From NCBI GenBank assembly GCA_001778985.1, contig MFIU01000004.1, positions 67,067-131,066 of the forward strand: a stretch of DNA of 64,000 bases, read 5' to 3'. A program made the translations under genes and the position numbers. This document shows positions 49,348 through 56,942 of this stretch, in pieces (positions within the stretch are counted from its first letter, which is position 1; each line of letters opens with the position of its first letter). This DNA comes from Candidatus Giovannonibacteria bacterium RIFOXYD1_FULL_48_21. GTDB taxonomy: Bacteria; Patescibacteriota; Minisyncoccia; JACPKW01; UBA11713. The notes beneath the pieces are model-generated. The model made no database searches. It was not told the DNA's origin and worked only from the letters and a program-made list of their open reading frames with translations.

Positions 49348-49753
49348 AGATACGCCTATAAGCCGAATTCTGTCCTCCCGCTGAAAGCGGGATGTATGGT
49401 CATTTATCTCAGCCTCGCCTTACGGCGGGGCCTGAAGCGGCACTTCCCGCCTTCCTTTGAAAGTTTCAATGGTTGGCGGGACACGGCCTTGCACCAGGCA
49501 GGGTTTTCAACTCCGGCGTCTTGCGAGGTCGGAGCGTGCGCTCTTACCGCACGATTTCACCTTTGCTCTCTTGCCCTTTAGGGGAAAGAGGGCCGTATAT
49601 TTTCTGTTGCACTATCCGTCCCTGAAAGATTCCTCTTTCAAGGCGTGGGTGTTACCCACTGCCCACTTCTCATTTTTCAATGAGGGTGTTCGGACTTTCC
49701 TCCCCGCCTACGATTATTTTTAAATGTTGGCGGGGTGACCATCCGGCGTATCT
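49348..49753 (-). ncRNA. rnpB: RNase P RNA
   Basis: GAGGAAAGTCCGAAC and CAGAATTCGGCTTAT conserved blocks; P1 AGATACGCC/GGCGTATCT. Confidence 0.96.
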
Positions 49754-49854
49754 TGCAGTAATTATAGTCGAGAAATAATTTTTGTCAACTATTTATTTTA
49801 TTTTAAAAAATCCGGCGGATACCCAAGGGCATCCGCCGTTTAGAGAAACATTCA

Positions 49855-50625
49855 TCAGCGTATCTTTTCCACCTCTTCCATAAAGCGCTCCACCAGCTCG
49901 CGTGAAACCGGCTCGCCAGGCTCAACGCCGCGTTTCTTGAAGGCAGTGCCAACAATTGCGCCGTCCGCGATGGCAAGTTGCGACCGGACATTTTCCGGCG
50001 TAAGGCCACTTCCTACAACAAGGGGATGCTCGTTTAACGCCTCTCGCGCGACGCGAAGGTCATCGAAAGTTGCGGGATCACCCGTGATCTGTCCCGTCAC
50101 TACTACTGCGTCTGCAAGCACCATCGCTTTTTTGGCGCATTCCGCAAGTGAGCAAGTCGGCTCAACGAGTTCGTAGTACTTGGGATGGATACCTCCAAAA
50201 ACCGCTATGTTGGAATAGAACTTCCGCGCCCAGAGATATTCACCGGCTTCGACTGACTCGCAACCGACAAAATCCCCGGTAATATGGTCCATTTGGATAA
50301 ACTTGCCTCCAGTGGAGAGCGCAACCGATAGTGCCTTTTCGTAGTCGTTTGGTAGAACGTTTACGCCAATAGGGATCTTCGAGTGTTTCCTAACCGTGAG
50401 GGCAATTTCGGCGAGCCGTTCCGCCATCTCATCGGTGGCGCAGTTCGCATCAAGGTAGCCGCAGTCGTAGTTCTCTACGAGTAAGCCGTCTACGCCGCCT
50501 CTCTGGAGTCGTTCGACATCTTCCAGGGCTTTGTCAATTTGCCTCTGGCGCTTGCCGTTGAAGACATGGATCATCGCGATGATTGGTTTTTTCTTGGGAA
50601 AGAGCTTATGAAAAAGTGAATTCAT
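49855..50625 (-). CDS. BtpA/SgcQ family TIM-barrel protein
   Basis: IIAMIH, DGLLVEN, GVNVL.ND, VGSG, DGAIVGT. Confidence 0.9.
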   Translation of the reverse strand: MNSLFHKLFPKKKPIIAMIHVFNGKRQRQIDKALEDVERLQRGGVDGLLVENYDCGYLDANCATDEMAERLAEIALTVRKHSKIPIGVNVLPNDYEKALSVALSTGGKFIQMDHITGDFVGCESVEAGEYLWARKFYSNIAVFGGIHPKYYELVEPTCSLAECAKKAMVLADAVVVTGQITGDPATFDDLRVAREALNEHPLVVGSGLTPENVRSQLAIADGAIVGTAFKKRGVEPGEPVSRELVERFMEEVEKIR

Positions 50626-50659
50626 CTTTCACCTCCTTTCAGAAAAAAATATAGCAGTT

Positions 50660-51019
50660 TCAAATCCAAAACGCAACGAGGCCGTATTTTCTGATGCGCT
50701 CGCGATAGCCAGGGTAGACATAGTATTGTTTCTTAATATTCTCCAGCGTGCGCACCGGCATATGCGGCCAGACCAGTTTTTGATTTACTTCTTTGAAAAA
50801 TTTCTCCACGCTTAGAAATTTACTGACTTTTATAATCTTTTTGCGAAGTCTTGCTTTTCCGCACATAAAAAGAAGTGTATCCCCTTTCTGGACACTCCCG
50901 AAATTTTTTCCGGTCTTGGTATGGCCGAGGGCGCGCGTTTCCACTTTCTTTTTGCCGGATTTAATTTGATTGAAAATAATCCGGTTTTTCGCCCGAATCC
51001 TCAATACCCAAGTTCTCAT
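50660..51019 (-). CDS. ASCH/PUA domain protein
   Basis: FNQIKSGKKKVETR...GD.L.F. Confidence 0.8.
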   Translation of the reverse strand: MRTWVLRIRAKNRIIFNQIKSGKKKVETRALGHTKTGKNFGSVQKGDTLLFMCGKARLRKKIIKVSKFLSVEKFFKEVNQKLVWPHMPVRTLENIKKQYYVYPGYRERIRKYGLVAFWI

Positions 51020-51037
51020 TCAGCTATTCTACCGCGA

Positions 51038-52150
51038 CTAGAGTTTTTTTGAGCGGCGCAGAAACGCCGGAATAGAATCCCACTCGGAATTCTCCGCGGC
51101 TGGCTCCAAAAGTTCCTCGCCAGGCTTTGGTCCGGCGGACTCGCGGCGCAAAGTTTGAATTTCGGTCGGGAAAAGAGAAATACTGCGGCCAAAACCGTTC
51201 GGAAAACCAGAGGCAATCACGGTTACTTTCAGCTGGCCTTTCCTAAGCCGGTCATCCTGCACCGCGCCAAAAATAATTTTAGCCTCTTTGTCAATATTTT
51301 CGGTGATAAGTTTGGCGGCTTCCTGCACTTCCCACATGGAAAGGTCTTCCCGTCCGGAAACCGTGAATAAAACTCCTTTGGCTCCGTCAGCCGAAACCTC
51401 GAGGAGCGGCGAATGGATCGCGAGGCGGGCCGCTTCCTGGGCGCGGTTTCGGCCGGAAGCCAAGCCTATTCCAATGATGGCCGAGCCGGAGTTTAAGAGA
51501 ACCGTTCTTACGTCCGCGAAATCCACGTTAATAATGCCCGGGGTAATTATCAAATCCGCAATCCCTTCCACCGCTTGTCTCAAAACTTCGTCGCACATCG
51601 CAAAAGCCGCCAGAAAAGGAGTGTCCCGCTCCACCGTGTTCAGCAAGCGGTCATTGGGAATCACAATCATGGCGTCAACAGCTTTGCGAAGCCTCACCAG
51701 ACCGTCCTCGGCAATTCTTTTGCGAATCTCGCCTTCAAAAGCGAAAGGTTTGGTGACGATGGCCACGGTGAGCGCGCCTTGATTTTTGGCAAGCTCGGCC
51801 ACGATCGGCCCCCCGCCCGTGCCGGTGCCGCCGCCGAAACCGCAGGTGACGAAAACTAAATCCGCGCCGCGGATAAATTCTTCAATCTCGCGCTTCGACT
51901 CTTCCGCGGACATGCGGCCGAGCTCCGGGTTCATGCCCGCGCCGAGCCCACGGGTTACGTTTTTCCCGATGTGAAGTTTTTTTGGAGCAAGTGAATTATG
52001 CAAATCTTGGGCGTCGGTGTTGATGGCGATGAAATCCACTCCGCGCACCCTGGAGCGAATCATATGGTCGACCGCGTTCTGTCCCGACCCCCCTACCCCG
52101 ATTACTTTCAGCCGGGCCGCGGTTTCAAATTCTGGCTTAACCTGAGGCAT
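51038..52150 (-). CDS. ftsZ: cell division protein FtsZ
   Basis: GGGTGTG, NVDFADV, IPAFLRR tail. Confidence 0.99.
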   Translation of the reverse strand: MPQVKPEFETAARLKVIGVGGSGQNAVDHMIRSRVRGVDFIAINTDAQDLHNSLAPKKLHIGKNVTRGLGAGMNPELGRMSAEESKREIEEFIRGADLVFVTCGFGGGTGTGGGPIVAELAKNQGALTVAIVTKPFAFEGEIRKRIAEDGLVRLRKAVDAMIVIPNDRLLNTVERDTPFLAAFAMCDEVLRQAVEGIADLIITPGIINVDFADVRTVLLNSGSAIIGIGLASGRNRAQEAARLAIHSPLLEVSADGAKGVLFTVSGREDLSMWEVQEAAKLITENIDKEAKIIFGAVQDDRLRKGQLKVTVIASGFPNGFGRSISLFPTEIQTLRRESAGPKPGEELLEPAAENSEWDSIPAFLRRSKKL

Positions 52151-52184
52151 AATAATCCAAGCCTAGCCGTTCACCTAAAGCCCG

Positions 52185-52988
52185 TCAAGCGGCGACATGT
52201 TTTTGAGCTTTGAAATCCGGCTCCCCTGAAACTCGCTTATGCCATTCGCTTTCATAGAATTCTTTAAGTATCGCTCCTGCCTCTCCCGCGTTTCTGCGCA
52301 CTTCAGGATTTTCTAAATGCTCGGGTAAAACTATGAAAGTTGGCTGGGGCGCTTCATACATACCGACATAGGGAATCCGCGGGTAGACTATCTTTTCTGC
52401 TCCGCCTCCTTCGGCTTCCCATTTCGCGAAATCATAGATTGCAATATCAGGATAGCCCTTATTGAGGCCTTGCAGAATCGACATCAAATCGAAACCCTGC
52501 GGTATTTTCCCATCTCTCTGGGCCTCCTCTAATCCTCGAACGGTGTCTTCGGTCCAGCGCATCAAACCTTCGAAGCCGGCTTTACTTTCGAACTTTGCCA
52601 CTCCTGGAATTTTGGTGGTTTTGCTTTTTCGCTCGTAACCTTTGAGATTCTCGACAGTAAGCATCTGAATTTTCTTGTCTTCGCTCTTCTCCACCTCTCC
52701 AACAAAACCAAGCTCAATCCCTTTCTCTTTAAGCAATGAATTGATTCTGGCTACTGACTCTTTCAGCTCTTCTTCGTCAGTAAAGGAGTGCCAAATCTCG
52801 GTATTGGGCTTAAAGCCGGCCATGGTTAAAACAACGCCCGGTTCAACAAAGTGGGCTCCAAATTCTCGGGGGATTTTTTCGTAAAGTTCCTCTGAGAGTC
52901 TGGCTACTTCCTTCCCAGAAAAAACCTCGGGAATTGCCTCGATTGATTCTGATCTAACTTCGGTAGGTTGGGGCAATTTCTCTGACAT
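52185..52988 (-). CDS. hypothetical protein (array cargo)
   Basis: 267-aa acidic ORF. Confidence 0.7.
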   Translation of the reverse strand: MSEKLPQPTEVRSESIEAIPEVFSGKEVARLSEELYEKIPREFGAHFVEPGVVLTMAGFKPNTEIWHSFTDEEELKESVARINSLLKEKGIELGFVGEVEKSEDKKIQMLTVENLKGYERKSKTTKIPGVAKFESKAGFEGLMRWTEDTVRGLEEAQRDGKIPQGFDLMSILQGLNKGYPDIAIYDFAKWEAEGGGAEKIVYPRIPYVGMYEAPQPTFIVLPEHLENPEVRRNAGEAGAILKEFYESEWHKRVSGEPDFKAQKHVAA

Positions 52989-52989
52989 T

Positions 52990-53400
52990 TTAATTTAAAA
53001 TGGCCAAATCTTCTTTGATTCCTTTTTTGAGCGCTTCCAGTTCAGAGGCAGGGACAGAAAGAAGCGAGGCGAAAAATTCAACTCGCTCCGCATTTTCCAA
53101 ATGCGCATTTGCCAGAAGTTCTGCTACCTCCCTTCTTTTTCCCTCAAAAATGTAAACCTCAAAATTTCTCTTCCTCAACTCTTCCACCACAGCCCAGAAA
53201 TAATTTTCATTCCCCGGACCGATCTCTTCCTCGACCAAGAGGTCGTCTTCGTGCCTTAAAATCGAAATACGTTCCTCGATTAAAGTTTTTACCAAATCAT
53301 TCTTAGAAATATCCTCATCTTTAGAAATTTTCCCGAGGTACTCGCCGTCTTTTTTGAAGATGTAAGCGCTCTCCATTTTAGTATTCTTTTTCTCTAACAC
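52990..53400 (-). CDS. hypothetical protein (array cargo)
   Basis: 136-aa acidic ORF; start uncertain. Confidence 0.65.
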   Translation of the reverse strand: MLEKKNTKMESAYIFKKDGEYLGKISKDEDISKNDLVKTLIEERISILRHEDDLLVEEEIGPGNENYFWAVVEELRKRNFEVYIFEGKRREVAELLANAHLENAERVEFFASLLSVPASELEALKKGIKEDLAILN

Positions 53401-54415
53401 CCTCGGGCTTGCTTTTTTGATTTTGCCGGCGTTCCAGTTCCGGAATATTGTATGCTGTTTCTTTGTCTAAATAATCTCTCACCAGCTCGCGGTCTTGACG
53501 CCCAAGCAAGATAGCACTCGCGGAGTTTGCCCTAACAATTTCCGCCCAGTATTCCGAGGCTTTCATTAATAATTCCTTCTTTTTATCCTCGTTGCGAATG
53601 GATTCAACATATCCCGAATAATATCTGTCTTCCGATTTAACTCTCTCCAATGTCCTGTGAAGCAAATCTACGCGCTCCGGCATTGAGCGGCGGCGATTCT
53701 TCCAGTCATTCGCGTGAGCGATTTCATGCCTGAAGCTTAAGGCAAAACTGCTTTCTTGCCAGCCGTCGGGATGCTTAAAAAAAGATAATACTGTTTCGTT
53801 GCCGGCACTACTATAAGAAGCTTGGCCAACGACATTGAGGTCAGATTTCAGCCCGTAATCTTTCCTGACTTTTCCAATTTGCTCTTCTCTATCAACGAAA
53901 TTGATTTCGTTGATACTTTCTATCCAAACATGCGGAAGTGCATCTAAAATAAAATTTATCGACCTGGGATTGATGCCCATTTGTTTTGCTCTCTCGGGTG
54001 ATATATTCGGGTAATTCAAAGTCTTGTCGTGGAAGTGTTCTTTTATTTTTTCACTTTCTCCTGCAATTCCAAAATTTCTGTCTAAGTTAGCGGCTCCAAT
54101 TTTCTCTTCGACTTTCTTTGCCTTTGCAACGGTTTGGAAAAGTTCTTTTCTTTCTTTTCCATCCATTTCCCCCTCCTTTGCGGCTTTATCGGCGCGTTTA
54201 ACGTATTCCGAAACTTTTATATCCTGGTGCAGCATTTCTTCCACGTTTTTCTTCGAAAACCCTACTTGTTCAGGCGCCGCCAGCACGCCTGAAAATGCCA
54301 TGGGCAGGACTGCAGCAGAAACAGCTTTTTTAAATCTCTCGCGGATGGACAAAACCGCCTTCTCTCTATCCTCGCTTCGAGGTTCTGGTTTTTCAAAAGA
54401 AAATTTTTCCGACAT
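53378..54415 (-). CDS. putative zinc metallopeptidase (array cargo)
   Basis: HEIAH plus downstream EYWAE; short hydrophobic segment near N-terminus. Confidence 0.65.
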   Translation of the reverse strand: MSEKFSFEKPEPRSEDREKAVLSIRERFKKAVSAAVLPMAFSGVLAAPEQVGFSKKNVEEMLHQDIKVSEYVKRADKAAKEGEMDGKERKELFQTVAKAKKVEEKIGAANLDRNFGIAGESEKIKEHFHDKTLNYPNISPERAKQMGINPRSINFILDALPHVWIESINEINFVDREEQIGKVRKDYGLKSDLNVVGQASYSSAGNETVLSFFKHPDGWQESSFALSFRHEIAHANDWKNRRRSMPERVDLLHRTLERVKSEDRYYSGYVESIRNEDKKKELLMKASEYWAEIVRANSASAILLGRQDRELVRDYLDKETAYNIPELERRQNQKSKPEGVREKEY

Positions 54416-54420
54416 TGAAA

Positions 54421-54493
54421 TTAAATTCCTTTATGCCTCCTCCTAATCTCCTCCTCCACTTCTTCTCTGGGGCGGGTGAACTTGGAGCGGGAG
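54421..54493 (-). repeat. orphan copy of the ATPase 3' end (R1)
   Basis: Encodes SRSKFTRPREEVEEEIRRRHKGI*; matches 56950-57015. Confidence 0.92.
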
Positions 54494-54502
54494 TATATAA
54501 AA

Positions 54503-54754
54503 TCATTTATAAATATCTTTTCGGTGGCCAACTTTCAAAATTATAATGCGGTCGCGTTCGACATCAAAAAGTGCCCGATAGTCCCCAATATGAAAACGCC
54601 GCTCGCCGAGGCGAGGGTCTTTCAGTTCTTCGGAGAATTTAAGCGGATCTATCGCGGCGGTGTAAAAATCGAATTTGGTTATGATCCGCCTTTGAACGAT
54701 TCTTGGGAGCTTTTTAAGATCTTTGAGAGCAGCAGGTTTAAAGAAATACTTCAT
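54503..54754 (-). CDS. RelE/ParE family toxin
   Basis: ALKDLKKL...RFHIGDYRALF...KVGHRKDIY. Confidence 0.92.
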   Translation of the reverse strand: MKYFFKPAALKDLKKLPRIVQRRIITKFDFYTAAIDPLKFSEELKDPRLGERRFHIGDYRALFDVERDRIIILKVGHRKDIYK

Positions 54755-54975
54755 AACCGAAGAAGTCTCTTTACTTCAGCTGCGGAGTAAAGTTTTTTCT
54801 CTTTTCGGGCTTTTATAATTTCTTTTGGAAGAATGTTTGAATTTCTCATCTCCGTATCTTCCATCAAATCCTCCAGCTTTCTCCAATCCTCCAAGGGTAT
54901 CACTACCACCGGCTCGCCGCGAAAGCGAGTCTTCTCAATTTTTTTATCAATAGTAGCGAGGTTGCGATGGGCCAT
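54751..54975 (-). CDS. antitoxin (Phd/RelB-like)
   Basis: PVVVIPLEDW..LED; overlaps the toxin start. Confidence 0.8.
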   Translation of the reverse strand: MAHRNLATIDKKIEKTRFRGEPVVVIPLEDWRKLEDLMEDTEMRNSNILPKEIIKARKEKKLYSAAEVKRLLRL

Positions 54976-55002
54976 GTTCCAACTCTATTCTTCTCCTGCC
55001 CA

Positions 55003-55028
55003 AAAGTCAAAAATCAAAATGCGCGACC
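55003..55028. repeat. 26-bp repeat R2 (terminator arm plus TA promoter)
   Basis: AAAGTCAAAAATCAAAATGCGCGACC identical to 56269-56294. Confidence 0.9.
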
Positions 55029-55073
55029 CTGAGGATCGTGCGACAAGAATGAACCCTTAATTTCTGAATATTT

Positions 55074-55628
55074 CTACCTCGTTTCCCTATATTTTTCCAT
55101 TATTTCTTCGGCGCTCTTAGAAATTTCGAGATCACCTTCGGCTGCTGCGGCTTGACCAAAACTTTTTATTCCTTCCTGTAAGCCCTCCGTTTCCGTATAC
55201 GCAAGCCAATTTTTAGGGTCTTTCTCTAAAGCTGATTGAGAATATCCCAAGAGCTCAGATGCAGTATCAATCCATTCTTTTGGGGTAAAAATTCCTTTTG
55301 GAATAGAAATAGATCCTCCGCCGAATGAAATAGAAGATTCCCATTCATCTTTTCGAGTTTCCTTGTTCCAAACCTGCTTATTAATTTGATATACGCCAGG
55401 ATTTGGTATCGCTACATGACGCTCCTTGCTAGCTCTTTGCATTACCTCCTTTAATTTTTCTCGCTTCTTCGTCAAAGCTAGATAACTGAACTGGGCATTT
55501 TCTCTTGCCTCCGCCATTCTAGTCTCATGATGCATCGCCTCCAATTCCTCTAGAGTCTTGTTAGGCTTATTCTCCAACTCATAGAGCCTTCTATTAGGAT
55601 CCTCAGAATTTGGTGTTTCAAATCCCAT
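55074..55628 (-). CDS. hypothetical protein (array cargo)
   Basis: 184-aa ORF. Confidence 0.7.
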   Translation of the reverse strand: MGFETPNSEDPNRRLYELENKPNKTLEELEAMHHETRMAEARENAQFSYLALTKKREKLKEVMQRASKERHVAIPNPGVYQINKQVWNKETRKDEWESSISFGGGSISIPKGIFTPKEWIDTASELLGYSQSALEKDPKNWLAYTETEGLQEGIKSFGQAAAAEGDLEISKSAEEIMEKYRETR

Positions 55629-55668
55629 ATTTTATGTTTATTAGTTTAATAAAATCCTCCTGCCTAAA

Positions 55669-55758
55669 TTATATTGCTTTTTCTGGAGTCGCGCCAGCGT
55701 GGTGCCTCCTCCTAATCTCCTCCTCAACTTCTTCTCTGGGGCGGCCGTATTTGGAGCG
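55669..55758 (-). repeat. orphan copy of the ATPase 3' end (R1)
   Basis: Encodes RSKYGRPREEVEEEIRRRHHAGATPEKAI*. Confidence 0.92.
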
Positions 55759-55761
55759 GTC

Positions 55762-55989
55762 TCATAAATGTTTAGAAAATTCTCCGGGTGTCACTTCGAT
55801 CTCCCGCAGAATCTGCCGCAGGAGCCCGCGGCCGATATCTTCTCCGCCGTGCCTAGGAACCAAAGTGGTTCTGCCATCCGGATGTTTAAAAAAGATATGA
55901 GAACCAACTTGACGAAAACCTCTAAAGCCGAACTTCTCTAAAACGCGCATAACATCGCGCGCCTTTAGCATCGGCAAGCGGCCTTTCAT
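55762..55989 (-). CDS. HicA family toxin
   Basis: LEKFGF...RQVGSH...VPRH. Confidence 0.92.
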   Translation of the reverse strand: MKGRLPMLKARDVMRVLEKFGFRGFRQVGSHIFFKHPDGRTTLVPRHGGEDIGRGLLRQILREIEVTPGEFSKHL

Positions 55990-55993
55990 AAAT

Positions 55994-56248
55994 TTAAACG
56001 CTTACCAACTCCACTCCCACAAAGGATGGTTCATAAGCGAAGAGTTGAATTTTCTTTCGATATTGCGGGTCGGTCTTGGCGACAGAAAGGCAAAGCTTGA
56101 TTGCCTCGCGAACGCGCCTCCTTAGCTCTTCCAGGTCTTTGGCTTGGGTATGACAGCCCGGCAAAGCCGGAACAGAAGCCACAAAGTAGCCGTCTTCATC
56201 GCGTTCAATGAGGACTTTAAATTCTTTTGGTGATATTTCTCTAGCCAT
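55994..56248 (-). CDS. HicB family antitoxin
   Basis: ERDEDGYFVASVPALPGCHTQ. Confidence 0.92.
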   Translation of the reverse strand: MAREISPKEFKVLIERDEDGYFVASVPALPGCHTQAKDLEELRRRVREAIKLCLSVAKTDPQYRKKIQLFAYEPSFVGVELVSV

Positions 56249-56268
56249 ATTTAGAGCCTATCACGTCC

Positions 56269-56294
56269 AAAGTCAAAAATCAAAATGCGCGACC
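56269..56294. repeat. 26-bp repeat R2
   Basis: Identical to 55003-55028; left arm of hairpin AAATGCGCG...CGCGCATTT. Confidence 0.9.
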
Positions 56295-56328
56295 AGTAAG
56301 CCGCGCATTTCTTGAAAATAAATCCAGC

Positions 56329-56904
56329 CTAAAAATCAAACTCTTTTTTCTGTTTCTCTTGTGCTTCTTTTTCCAACCTTTCCCTCTTTTTGGTTATGGC
56401 CTTCCAGATTTCTTCTAACGCCTCGCTGTCTTGTTGGTCATTCCTATTAAACTTGTTAAAGTTTAATTTCAGAAGATCTTCTGTCACCTTATTTCTTAAT
56501 TTATCTTTTAATTCAAAATTATAGCCTTGCGCGGGCTGCGGAACATTTTTATAAGCAGAAATTTTTGATGCATCCAGCTTTACTTTCGCAACATTTCCGT
56601 CTCTATCTACATAATAGAAGTCATTCAGTAACCCAAAAGAGCTATCATATTTTCCTTTCATGCCTTCCAATTTCTTTTTTAAGTCCCCCGACATTTCTGG
56701 GTCCTCTAACGAAAGAAAGAACTGTTTATTCATTTTTATATACGTCCCCAAGTCGGCCACCATCTCTCCCTTTTCAAGACGCTCTCGAAGATTCTCGCGT
56801 TCCTCTTTTGTGCCAATAATAACAGCGGCGTTTTCTTCCCAGCCTTCTTTATTGATATCGGCTTTGGCTTGTTCAAATTCAGAATCTGGTTGTTCTTGGC
56901 CCAT
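56329..56904 (-). CDS. hypothetical protein (array cargo)
   Basis: 191-aa charged ORF directly after the ATPase. Confidence 0.7.
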   Translation of the reverse strand: MGQEQPDSEFEQAKADINKEGWEENAAVIIGTKEERENLRERLEKGEMVADLGTYIKMNKQFFLSLEDPEMSGDLKKKLEGMKGKYDSSFGLLNDFYYVDRDGNVAKVKLDASKISAYKNVPQPAQGYNFELKDKLRNKVTEDLLKLNFNKFNRNDQQDSEALEEIWKAITKKRERLEKEAQEKQKKEFDF

Positions 56905-56942
56905 AACCGTATCTTACAATATCGAACAAAGGATGCAAATGT

